Of a DNA stretch of 64,000 bases, positions 41,730 to 50,968 are shown in pieces. The DNA lies in NCBI GenBank assembly GCA_963828735.1, contig CAWHFW010000001.1, forward strand, positions 96,001-160,000, read 5' to 3'. The notes beneath the pieces were generated by a model. It was not told the DNA's origin. It made no database searches and saw only the letters and a list, made by a program, of their open reading frames with translations. Within the stretch, counting starts at the first letter, position 1. Every line of letters starts with the position of its first letter. The position numbers and the translations under genes are program-made. This DNA comes from an uncultured Gemmatimonadales bacterium. GTDB taxonomy: Bacteria > Gemmatimonadota > Gemmatimonadetes > Gemmatimonadales > GWC2-71-9.

Positions 41730-43490
41730 CTACTTGACCCCGACATGCGTGACTGCGGGTGAGGGCTCGGCGATCGGCTCACCTTCAAATTCGCCCCGAA
41801 GCGAGTCGATGAGGTGGCGCGCCCGGATGGACAGTGAAGATTTCCCGCCGCCAGAGTCGACCTGCAGCCGACCCTTTGTCACCACCACACCGAGGTCGGC
41901 ACCCTTCCAGCGGTAGTCACCGGGACCGTAGATGCGCAGGAAGAACGCCTCGGACTCGTTCTGCAGCTGGTGCCAGTCCAGCGCGGATCTGCGGAACGTC
42001 AGCGCGCCGCTGGCACCCAGGGAGTACTGGCCGGTGCGGGGTGTCACGGTCAGTCGCTGCACGATGTCGTCGGTCTCCTTCAAGATCATCTGGCTCCACA
42101 CGTCCTCGGACGCAAGTTCCTCCCACCGCTCGTTGATCTCGTCGACGTCGAGGTCGAAGTCGACGTTCATGTACTCGAGGATGTGGAACAGGAACAGCGG
42201 AACGTCGGCGTAGGCGCCCGCGGTCACGTTGGTGATCGAGGACGCACCGCTGATACGGGGGTTGAGTTCGCCGAGGTATACGTCGTCGGTGTCGGTGTCG
42301 ACCAGGACGTCGACCTCGAAGAACCCCCGGTATCCCTCCTTGGCCAGCCGATCACCCAGTCGGCGGACCAATTGCGTTGCGATACGCCGACTTTCGCCGG
42401 TAAGCACTTCAGGGAACATCTCGTTGCCGCACCAGCCACCACGCATGGGGGTGAGCTTCTTGTAGCCGATCAACTCCGACATGAAGGGGCCGACGATTGT
42501 GCCGCACCGGGTGAGTACCGCCTCGACCGCCACCGGGCGGTTGTTGATGCGGCGCATCACCTTGATCTCCTCGCCGACGATGTCGTCGCTGTGCTTTTTC
42601 CAGTCGGCCTCCGAGGCGATGAAGAAGGTGGTCTTCCCCGAATCTCCGTACGGCGTCTGCACCACGAGTTCGTCGCCCAGCCTCGCCTGTTCGGCCACCT
42701 TCTGCAGCCCTCCCCAGTCCTCGACCTTGGTGAGCACGTTCGGCACGCTCGGCACCCCGGCCTCGTTGCCGAGCCGAGTGGTGATGATCTTCGAGTCCAG
42801 GTGTTCACGCAGGCTGGCCGGCGGCAGGATCAGGTCATATCCCAGTTCCCGACAGATCTCCTCGGTCTCGCTGTCGAAGAACACCATCACGACCTTGGGT
42901 CGCACCCCTAGCTTCGTGGCGCTGTCGATGTGGGCCCGCACCTCCGGGTTTGTCAGCAGCCAGTTGTTGATGTCTTCGCCGCTCTCGAACTCCTGATACG
43001 GCTTCTGACGCGGTGTGAAGACGCGGGAGTGGGCGCCGTCCCAAGCATCGTAGTAGGTAATGTACGAAAAGTTGCGTACCCAGCGGTCCAGGCCGAGCAG
43101 GTTGAACGCCGTCGCGCCGAAGAAGTAGATCGGCACGTCGTTCGTGCGGAAGAAGTGCCGCACCTCGGAGATGTTCTTCAACCGGCGCCGAGCCCCGCCC
43201 GACCCGGAGGCGAACGCCGCGTCGGTCCCGACGCTCACCTCGCGCGGCTTCGATGTGGTCGTCCCGCCGGCAGCCTTCGGCGCTCGGGCTTTGGCGCCGG
43301 TGGATTTGGGCACTGTGGTTGTGGCGGCCGGGGGTGTCGATGCCGTGGCTTTCGCTGTGGATGTCACTCCGGTCTGTTGCGGCACTGTGGTCTTGGCGCT
43401 GGCGCGGGTTGCGGTTGTTGATTCGGAGGCGCCGGTTTTCTTCGCGGTGGCTTTCGACGAAGCTCTCGATAGAATCGGGGGGTCGCTCAT
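41730..43490 (-). CDS. ATP-grasp ligase (type commonly labelled 'biotin carboxylase') with ~100 aa low-complexity N-terminal tail
   Basis: DSK, VVQTPYGDSGKTTFFI, GYRGFFEVD, ELNPRISG ATP-grasp motifs; GAGGTG RBS. Confidence 0.8.
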   Translation of the reverse strand: MSDPPILSRASSKATAKKTGASESTTATRASAKTTVPQQTGVTSTAKATASTPPAATTTVPKSTGAKARAPKAAGGTTTSKPREVSVGTDAAFASGSGGARRRLKNISEVRHFFRTNDVPIYFFGATAFNLLGLDRWVRNFSYITYYDAWDGAHSRVFTPRQKPYQEFESGEDINNWLLTNPEVRAHIDSATKLGVRPKVVMVFFDSETEEICRELGYDLILPPASLREHLDSKIITTRLGNEAGVPSVPNVLTKVEDWGGLQKVAEQARLGDELVVQTPYGDSGKTTFFIASEADWKKHSDDIVGEEIKVMRRINNRPVAVEAVLTRCGTIVGPFMSELIGYKKLTPMRGGWCGNEMFPEVLTGESRRIATQLVRRLGDRLAKEGYRGFFEVDVLVDTDTDDVYLGELNPRISGASSITNVTAGAYADVPLFLFHILEYMNVDFDLDVDEINERWEELASEDVWSQMILKETDDIVQRLTVTPRTGQYSLGASGALTFRRSALDWHQLQNESEAFFLRIYGPGDYRWKGADLGVVVTKGRLQVDSGGGKSSLSIRARHLIDSLRGEFEGEPIAEPSPAVTHVGVK

Positions 43491-43506
43491 ACTGCACCTC
43501 GCTCAT

Positions 43507-43522
43507 TGTGGGATACCCCACA
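43507..43522. promoter_or_regulatory. Palindromic operator candidate
   Basis: TGTGGG-ATAC-CCCACA immediately upstream of the ATP-grasp RBS. Confidence 0.5.
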
Positions 43523-43905
43523 CTAGTTATGCCTGGGCGGCGAGTGGACATGGTTCAGCGGCGCGGATCGTCCGAATGGTAGCCTGGCCCAATTAGGTGC
43601 GGGCGGCGTTCTGGGCGTCCAGTATGAGTAGCGCCACAAGAGATCTTCGTGCGTAAAGCGATGCTCATATCTCGCTGCTCCTCGAGAGGAGGGTGCTACT
43701 GTAGGCTGTTAACCGTCGGCCCGCAACTGTGCTTTAGTGCGATCCCAGGTCTCCCGCGCACTACCGCTGCGGGCGAGCCTTGGGCTCTTGATAAAGCTGC
43801 CCGCCGGCCGAGTTCTACCTCGGCCGCAGTACCGAGGCGGTGCGGAGTCTCGGACGGGCGCTGTCGGTGACCCACCAGACCAGCGCCACCCGGAACCAGC
43901 CCCGC

Positions 43906-45582
43906 TCAGTACCCCACCGCCATCCCGTCCTTCCGCGGGTCGCTCCCCGCCGCGAACCCCCTGGGCAGCCGCACGATCGCCTGCGCCCCGCCGAACGCGC
44001 CCGGCGGCTGGTCGACGAGCACGTGCCCCATTGTCGTGAGTTGCCTGCGCACGGCGTCGCCCACCGGCGCCTCGAGCGTCACCCGCAGCCCGTCGAGGTG
44101 GCGGAAGCGCGGGGCGTCGATCGCGGCCTGCAGGTCCATGCCAAACACGAAGTAGTTGAGCAGGAACTGTACGTGCCCCTGCGCCTGCATTCCTCCGCCC
44201 ATGAGCCCGAAGCCCATGTAGGCCTCGTCGTGGCCGCTCACCGTGCGGGTGACGAAGCCGGGGATCAAGGTGTGGAACGGCCGCTTGCCCGGCGCGACGG
44301 TGTTCGGACGGCCGGGGGTGAGCGTGAACCCGGCTCCCCGGTTGTGGAGCGCGAAACCGGTCCCCGGCACCACGACCCCCGACCCGAAGGCGTCGTAGTT
44401 CGAGTTGATGAACGACACCATGTTCCCCTCGGCGTCGGCGGCCGTGAGGTAGATCGTCTCGCTCCGGGTCCTGAGCGGTCCCGGGTCCACCCGCGTCTGC
44501 GCGCGCGACCGGTCCAGATGGCTGCGGCGCTCGGCGATGAACTCGTCGGTCAGCATGTCCTCGGCGGCCATGTCCAGATGGTCCGCGTCGCCCACGAACC
44601 GGTCGAGGTCGGCGTAGGCGAGCTTTTTGGCCTCGATCAGGTGATGCAGGTAGGTGGCGGAGTTGTGGCCCATGGCCTTGAGGTCGTAGGGCTCGAGGAT
44701 GCGCAACATCTCGAGCGCGGCGATCCCCTGATTGTTCGGCGGCAGCTCCCACACCCGGTACCCGTGGAACGGCACCGAGATCGGCGTCACCCACGTTGGG
44801 GCGTTCCGCGCGAGGTCCTGCAGCGTGATGAAACCACCCAGTGCCGCGAGCCGCGCCACGATGCGCCGGCCGAGGGGGCCGCCGTAGAAGGTGCCGATGC
44901 CACGGGTGGCGATCTCCGCGAGCGTGCGCGCGTAGTCGGGGTTCCGGAACCACTCGCCGGCCGTGGGCGCGCGTCCGCCGGGCAGAAAGGTCGCGGCAGC
45001 TGCGGAGTCGCGCTCGAGGAAGCTGGTCTCGTCCGCCCACTGTGCGGCGATGATCGGCGAAACCGGGAAGCCGTCGCGCGCGTATCCGATCGCCGGCGCC
45101 AGCGCCTGGGCCAGCGTGCGCCGCCCGTGGGTGCGTACCAGCAGGTCCCATCCCGCGAGCGCGCCGGGGACGGTCACCGACATCACGCCCTGCTGCAAGC
45201 CGGGGCGGAAGCCGCGCGCGCGGAGCGTGTCGAGGGTCATGAGCGAGCCGGCCCGTCCGCTCGCATTGAGGGCGACGAGCTTCCGCGCCTTGGCCAGCCA
45301 GACGATGGCAAACATGTCGCCGCCGATGCCGGTCATGTGCGGCTCGGTCACGCTCAGCACGGCGGCGGCGGTGACCGCCGCGTCGATGGCGTTGCCGCCC
45401 TCACGCAAGACCTCCAACCCCGCCTCGGAGGCGAGCGGCTGGCTGGTGGCGATGACGCCGTTGGGCGCGTAGACCGTGGATCGACCGGCCAGGGTCGTAG
45501 GCCGCTGGCCGTGGAGCAAGGTGGGGGCGGCGAGGAGCGCGGCCAGTGCACTGGTGGCGACCATCAGACTGAGGCGGGGCAT
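43906..45582 (-). CDS. ggt: Gamma-glutamyltransferase family protein
   Basis: GGNAIDAAV, GIGGD, autocleavage Thr in ETIYL, PGKRPFHT, GGGMQAQG, GSDPRKDG. Confidence 0.95.
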   Translation of the reverse strand: MPRLSLMVATSALAALLAAPTLLHGQRPTTLAGRSTVYAPNGVIATSQPLASEAGLEVLREGGNAIDAAVTAAAVLSVTEPHMTGIGGDMFAIVWLAKARKLVALNASGRAGSLMTLDTLRARGFRPGLQQGVMSVTVPGALAGWDLLVRTHGRRTLAQALAPAIGYARDGFPVSPIIAAQWADETSFLERDSAAAATFLPGGRAPTAGEWFRNPDYARTLAEIATRGIGTFYGGPLGRRIVARLAALGGFITLQDLARNAPTWVTPISVPFHGYRVWELPPNNQGIAALEMLRILEPYDLKAMGHNSATYLHHLIEAKKLAYADLDRFVGDADHLDMAAEDMLTDEFIAERRSHLDRSRAQTRVDPGPLRTRSETIYLTAADAEGNMVSFINSNYDAFGSGVVVPGTGFALHNRGAGFTLTPGRPNTVAPGKRPFHTLIPGFVTRTVSGHDEAYMGFGLMGGGMQAQGHVQFLLNYFVFGMDLQAAIDAPRFRHLDGLRVTLEAPVGDAVRRQLTTMGHVLVDQPPGAFGGAQAIVRLPRGFAAGSDPRKDGMAVGY

Positions 45583-45861
45583 CCACGCTCCGTGAGAGTG
45601 GGAAAGGGCGCCGATCGGGCCGGTCGCGAGGAGGCGGCGGAGCGGTGGTCCGCGGATCAGGCGGCCGGCGCCGCCAGGAAACCTCGTCGAATATCGCGAA
45701 GCTGAACAGGTGAGCGTTGGGCATTCAGGTATGTGCCCTAGGCCTGGAACATGTAGGCGCGTGCCTCAAGCCCGTGCCCCTCGGCGATCGGCTGCAGCCG
45801 ATCGGTCTGGTCGGCCCTTATGCTACCGGAACGTTACCGCCGGCGGGGACGAGCCGGACAG

Positions 45862-45896
45862 AAAAACGCCCGACGCGACCGAAGTCACGTCAGGCG
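45862..45896 (-). terminator. Intrinsic terminator after tRNA-Gly
   Basis: Minus strand CGCCTGACGTGAC-TTCG-GTCGCGTCGGGCG-TTTTT. Confidence 0.8.
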
Positions 45897-45910
45897 ATGA
45901 GCTTCCGGAG

Positions 45911-45982
<72 letters not shown>

Positions 45983-45996
45983 GGATTGTGCCGGTG

Positions 45997-46025
45997 AATG
46001 TGACCGGGCGCGACAGGAGTGTCAA
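45997..46025 (-). promoter_or_regulatory. Sigma70 promoter of tRNA-Gly
   Basis: TTGACA-N17-CACATT upstream of the tRNA. Confidence 0.6.
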
Positions 46026-46037
46026 GCCGCGCTGCAC

Positions 46038-46974
46038 TCACTTCGCGCCGGACGCCTCCAGGAAGCTCCGGAGATCGGGCTCGCTGACGGCAGGTTCGCC
46101 CGGGGAGACGTTGTCCAGCTTGCCCTCACGCATCCACCGCTCCAGCTCGCCCACCAGCTCGAACAGATGGTCGAACGAGTCCACCACGAACAGCAGCGGC
46201 TGGTAGTGGTCGATCTCGAAATACTGGTTGACCACCCACTCGAGCTGAACGGGGTAGCGCTGAACCAGCGGCGATTCGATCGAATGCGCGATCTCGCCGT
46301 GCGAGCTCAGCAGTCCGGACCCGTACACCTTGTGCCCCTTGCCGTCCGGGCCCCGCATGAGGCCGAACTCGATCGTGAACCAGAAGAACCGGGCGAGAGC
46401 CTGGAAGATGCTGGTGACGCGCCGAATCTTTTCCTGCTCGTCGGGGATTCCCGCGACGATCTCCGCCGCGGTGTGTGCGCAGTCGCCGAAGCGCACCAGC
46501 GTGTCGGCGAACGCCCGATCGGTGTGCATCGGCACGTGGCCGGCGATGTCGTGGAAGATGTCGGGTTCCGGGAGGTAGTCGAGCGTCGCGCCGTCCCGGA
46601 TGGTGATCGTAGTCGGAAATTCGCGGTTGCGGAGACAGTCGAAGAAGATGAAGGAAGGAACATACCCGCTCACCGGTTTGGCCTGGAAGCCGGTGAGCGG
46701 GCTCAGGAAATCGGTTGACGTCCTCGAGCTTCGGCACCTCCCGCGGGTCGAGGCAGAGATTGTCGATCCCCTGCAGGAACCGCGGGTTCGCGTAGCGCTG
46801 CCAGCGGTCCTCCATGCGGGTATACAGCCGGCGCCAGGCATCGTGATTCGCCTCGGAGTACAGCTCGTAGGGTTGCGTGATGTACAGCCGCCCCTCGGCC
46901 TGCGCCTGCTCGATGAACGGCGCCCGAGTGGTCGTGAGACCGCCGGATTCCCGTCCCGCGTGTACTCCCGCCAT
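46038..46974 (-). CDS. phhA: Phenylalanine 4-monooxygenase, one +1 frameshift at ~46709
   Basis: N-part QPYELYSEANHDAW...VPKLEDVNRF and C-part LSPLTGF...EPDIFHDIAGHVPM...WFTIEFGL...YGSGLLSS are in adjacent frames; His-His-Glu Fe ligands present. Confidence 0.88.
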
Positions 46975-47000
46975 GATGTTCCTCGCGCAGGCCGCGGAAT

Positions 47001-48449
47001 CTATTTCCGCTTGTACCGCCACGCCGCGATCGCGGCGCCCTGGCCGTCGACCTTCACGTCCTGCGTCGCCCCGTTGGCCACCGCCGGGATCTCGGCATCC
47101 TTCGACGCGACGGGCTTGCCGGTGGCGTCGAGGAACTCGACCGTGATGGGCATCGCGGACGCGGGGATCGGCTTGCCGCCCGCGGTCTGGGCCGCGCGGC
47201 CCGTGGCCGTCAGCGTGAGGGAGGCGCCGTTGCCCGTGGTCGCGAAGTTCGACGCGCGAACGTTCGCCGGCAGCGCCAGCACCTGCTCGGCGGTCTTGAC
47301 GGCGTCGTCCACCTTGGAGCTCTGCTTGTAGCCCTCGCCCAGGAGCTTGAGCGCGCTTTCGCTGAGCGGCTCGATCTCCACCAGCCGCTGCGAGGTGGCC
47401 AGCAGCTTGGGCCCGTTCTGGAGCGCCAGGTACGTGTTCGCGAGACTCGACAGCGCGTCGCGATTGTAGGGTTCCGCGGCCACGACCTTCTCGAATGCGG
47501 TCGCCGCTTCCGCGTACTTCTTGTCCTTGAACAGGCTGATCCCGGCGCTCATGACGTCGGCGGTGCCTGCCCCGCCGCCTCCACCCGCCCCGCCCGGCGC
47601 GGCGCCACCGCTGGCCACGAGTTCCTTCTCGATAGCCTGCGCCTCCTCGTTGCGACCCAGTCCGCGGTATGACGCGGCGAGGCCGCGCTTGGCCTGGGAG
47701 TCGTTCGGGACCCACTTGAGATACTGCTCGAAGACGCTTGCGGCCTTATCGTACTTCTTCGCGTTCAGCAGCAGCACGCCCTGACTGAACGCCGAATTGT
47801 TGCGGTACTTCTGCTCGGTCGTGTCGGTGGTGGTGGCCGACGCGCCGACCGCCAGGCCGAAGTAGTACTCCGCACTGTCGGGCTGTCCCTTGTCGTTCAT
47901 GATCGACGCGACGCGGTAGTACGCGATGGGCGACCCGCGATAAATCGAGTTCGCCTGCTGGTAGAGGGCGAAGGCCGAGTCGGTGTTCTTGTCCTCCTCG
48001 AACTTGCTGCCGCCGTTGACCAGCGCCACCCAGGCGTTCCGGCGATAGATGTCGACATCCTTCGCGCAGTCCGGTGCCATCTGCACCGCCTTCGTGAGCG
48101 CGGTATCCGCGGGAAGGAGCCGGCCCTGGGTGAGGTAGATCCGCCCCAGGTAGTACCAGGCGGCCGGGTTCTTGTCCTGACCGTTCTGCTGGATGGCCTC
48201 GAGGAGCACCTTCTCGCCCTGACCGAGAATGCGCGCCTTGCTCTCGGGTACGTCGGTCTCGATCGCCGACTTCAGATACCCGGCGGCGCTGCCCACCTTG
48301 AAGTGGTTCGGCTTGATGTTGCACTGGGCCGGCTCGTACTTCGTAGGCATCGCCTTCGCGACGCGATCGTTGACCGTTGCCTGCTGCGCGGTCGCGACCG
48401 TGGTGCTCACGGACAGCAGAAGGAAGGCCGACGCGATCTTTGCGTTCAC
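47001..48449 (-). CDS. Secreted TPR-repeat protein with C-terminal beta domain
   Basis: Signal peptide; TPR motifs (AWYYLGRIY, FEQYLKWVPND, FEKVVAAEPYN); Gly-rich linker. Confidence 0.8.
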   Translation of the reverse strand: MNAKIASAFLLLSVSTTVATAQQATVNDRVAKAMPTKYEPAQCNIKPNHFKVGSAAGYLKSAIETDVPESKARILGQGEKVLLEAIQQNGQDKNPAAWYYLGRIYLTQGRLLPADTALTKAVQMAPDCAKDVDIYRRNAWVALVNGGSKFEEDKNTDSAFALYQQANSIYRGSPIAYYRVASIMNDKGQPDSAEYYFGLAVGASATTTDTTEQKYRNNSAFSQGVLLLNAKKYDKAASVFEQYLKWVPNDSQAKRGLAASYRGLGRNEEAQAIEKELVASGGAAPGGAGGGGGAGTADVMSAGISLFKDKKYAEAATAFEKVVAAEPYNRDALSSLANTYLALQNGPKLLATSQRLVEIEPLSESALKLLGEGYKQSSKVDDAVKTAEQVLALPANVRASNFATTGNGASLTLTATGRAAQTAGGKPIPASAMPITVEFLDATGKPVASKDAEIPAVANGATQDVKVDGQGAAIAAWRYKRK

Positions 48450-48452
48450 TCG

Positions 48453-49751
48453 TCACGACTCCTTGTTCGGGGTCTGAAGCCGGGCGGCACCTTCGGGGCT
48501 CACCAGGCGAAAAGCCCGGTCACGCAAGTCCCTTGCCACCTCGTGAGCAGGCTGCCCGGTCCGTCGAGCCAGGGCCGCCACATCCTCGTACTCCGGTTTC
48601 ATGCGGGGACCGTCGGGGGAATCGAGCACCTTCACGCGCACCCGCGTTCCGTCCGCCGCCTCGACCTGCACCTCTCGCCGTGCGAGGGTCACGCGCTCCG
48701 CCGGCTGGCGGCGAATGCCCGCCGTGGTGCTGTGCCGGAAGAAGGCCTCGGCGACGCGATCCGCGTCGCCGGCCGCCACGACGGCTTCGACCCGGAATCC
48801 GGTGCGCCCCTTTTTCATCTGCGTCGCCCACACCTGCACGTCCGCGGCGCCTGCGGCGAGCAGCGCCTCGCGCAATGGGTCGAGATACTCGGGGCTCAGA
48901 TCATCGAGGTCGGTCGAGAGCACCACGACCTCGCCGGCCTCGACCGCCGGCTCCGCGACGATCAGCCGAAGCGCGTTCGGGTACGCGGTCGGGTTCCGGC
49001 CGCCGGCACCCCACGCTCCGCCGGCAATCGCACGCCAGCGCTGCGGCGGCGGCCCCTCGGAGAGCACGCGAAGTAGCACCGCCCCGGTGGGCGTGACCGC
49101 CTCGCCCGTCACGGGGCCGTTGGGGGCCACGTCGATGCCTTCCAGCAACAGCGCGGTGGCCGGGGCCGGAACTGGAATCACCCCGTGCGCCGCACGCACC
49201 CACCCACTGCCGAGGGCGACCGCCCGATGGTAGATGCGGGTGATGCCCAGCTGTTCGAAGCCTTCGATCGCTCCCACGATGTCGATCAGGGCGTCGGCCG
49301 CGCCGACCTCCTGCAAGGCGACCGCCTCCGGAGCGACGCCGTGCACCCGGCCCTCCGCCTCTCCGAGCAGGCGGAACGCGCGGACGGCGCGCTCGCGTAC
49401 CCAGTCCGAGAGTGGGGCCCGCTCGACCGCCGTGATGAGATCGCCGATGTGCCGGTGGGGCCCGTGATGGTCGTGCGAGTGAGCGGGATGGTCGGGATCG
49501 TGATGGTGGTGATGGAGCTCCTCGGCGGGCAGCTCCTCGGCGCCGCCTGGCAGCGCCACATTCACCTTGATGGCCCGGACCCCGCACCGGTCCACCGAGT
49601 CGATGCGCACGGACACTTCGGGCACACCGAGGCGAGCCGGGAGCCTCTTCAGCCACTCGGCGGGGGCGCCGGCGGCCACGAGCGCGCCCAGCAGCATGTC
49701 GCCGCTGATGCCAGCGGCGGGGTCGAGAATGGCAAAACGTCCATCAGCCAT
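48453..49751 (-). CDS. larC: Nickel-pincer cofactor nickel insertase LarC (C1+C2 in one ORF)
   Basis: GISGDMLLGAL, His-rich loop, EVGAADALIDIVG, AHGVIPVPAPAT, TPTGA, MKKGR, KPEYED. Confidence 0.92.
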   Translation of the reverse strand: MADGRFAILDPAAGISGDMLLGALVAAGAPAEWLKRLPARLGVPEVSVRIDSVDRCGVRAIKVNVALPGGAEELPAEELHHHHHDPDHPAHSHDHHGPHRHIGDLITAVERAPLSDWVRERAVRAFRLLGEAEGRVHGVAPEAVALQEVGAADALIDIVGAIEGFEQLGITRIYHRAVALGSGWVRAAHGVIPVPAPATALLLEGIDVAPNGPVTGEAVTPTGAVLLRVLSEGPPPQRWRAIAGGAWGAGGRNPTAYPNALRLIVAEPAVEAGEVVVLSTDLDDLSPEYLDPLREALLAAGAADVQVWATQMKKGRTGFRVEAVVAAGDADRVAEAFFRHSTTAGIRRQPAERVTLARREVQVEAADGTRVRVKVLDSPDGPRMKPEYEDVAALARRTGQPAHEVARDLRDRAFRLVSPEGAARLQTPNKES

Positions 49752-49760
49752 AGACTTATA

Positions 49761-49789
49761 AATATGGCCGCGGCTCAGACCGGAGGCAA
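49761..49789 (-). promoter_or_regulatory. Internal sigma70-type promoter before larC
   Basis: TTGCCT-N17-CATATT, then 9 AT-rich nt to ATG; no SD. Confidence 0.45.
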
Positions 49790-50968
49790 ACCCCCGGGCT
49801 CCCTATAGAGCCACCCGGCGCCGGTGTTGAAGGCGACAATCTTGTCCTCCTCCCCGACCATCCCGTCCTCCAGGAGGGTCGCCACGGCGGCCAATGCCGC
49901 CCCGCCCTCGGGGCAGAAGTCGACTCCGGTCTCCATGGTCGCGACGGCCGCCTCCCTCTCGAGGACGGCGTCGTCAACGGCAAACGCTCCGCCCCCGCTC
50001 TCCCGGAGCGCCTGCAGCATCAGCCGCCCGCCAAGCGGCGCCGGGACCCGGAGGCCACTGGCGATGGTCCACGGATCGTCCCACGGAGCGCATTCCTCCG
50101 CACTCTCGGCGAACGCGCGGACCACCGGGGCGCAGCCGGTGCTCTGCACGGTGTACATCCGGGGGAGCGCTCCCTGGATCCAGCCCGCATTACGGAGCTC
50201 CTGAAACGCCTTCCACATGCCGATCAGCCCCGTGCCTCCGCCGGCGGGGTAGATGATCGCCTGGGGAAGCGTCCATCCGAGCTGCATCGCGAGCTCGAGC
50301 CCGAGCGTCTTCTTGCCCTCGATTCGATACGGCTCCCGCAGGGTGGAGAGATCGAACGCGCCGGTCTCCGCGGCGTGGGCCCGCGACGCGCGTCCACAAT
50401 CGCCGATGTGGCCGTCGAGGAGGACCAGGTCCGCGCCGAGTGCGCGAATCTGGGAGAGAATGGTCCGCGGAGTCGTGAGCGGTGCGTACACGCGGACGGG
50501 CCGTCCGGCCCTGGCCCCATAGGCCGCTGCCGCCACGCCAGCGTTGCCGGCGGTCGGCAGCACGAACCGCTCCGCTCCGGCCGCGACCGCGCGCGTCACC
50601 GCCGCACCGATTCCGCGCGACTTGAACGAACCCGTCGGGTTGGCGCCCTCGTCCTTGACCCACAGGTCGTTCACGCCAAGCCGGCGGCCGGTCCGCTCGA
50701 GCCGGAGCAGCGGGGTGTCGCCTTCGCCAAGGGTGACGGGCTCCTCGCCTGGCATGAGCGGGAGGAAGGTCCGGAATCGCCACATCCCGTGCCGCCGGCG
50801 CAACTCGGCGCGATCGACGAGGGTGGGCACACGCGCGGGATAGCGGACCAGCCACGGCATGCCGCACCGGTCGCAGACGGTCGGAAGGCCCTCGGGGCCG
50901 CGCCGTCCATCGCAGCTCGAGCACTCGAGCGTCCAGTCGGCCAGGGAGAGGGCGGGAGCGGCGGTCAC
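49775..50968 (-). CDS. thrC: Threonine synthase (PLP fold II)
   Basis: LGEGDTPL, NPTGSFKSRG, TAGNAG, EGKKT, GGGTG, CPEGG, NTG. Confidence 0.88.
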   Translation of the reverse strand: MTAAPALSLADWTLECSSCDGRRGPEGLPTVCDRCGMPWLVRYPARVPTLVDRAELRRRHGMWRFRTFLPLMPGEEPVTLGEGDTPLLRLERTGRRLGVNDLWVKDEGANPTGSFKSRGIGAAVTRAVAAGAERFVLPTAGNAGVAAAAYGARAGRPVRVYAPLTTPRTILSQIRALGADLVLLDGHIGDCGRASRAHAAETGAFDLSTLREPYRIEGKKTLGLELAMQLGWTLPQAIIYPAGGGTGLIGMWKAFQELRNAGWIQGALPRMYTVQSTGCAPVVRAFAESAEECAPWDDPWTIASGLRVPAPLGGRLMLQALRESGGGAFAVDDAVLEREAAVATMETGVDFCPEGGAALAAVATLLEDGMVGEEDKIVAFNTGAGWLYREPGGLPPV

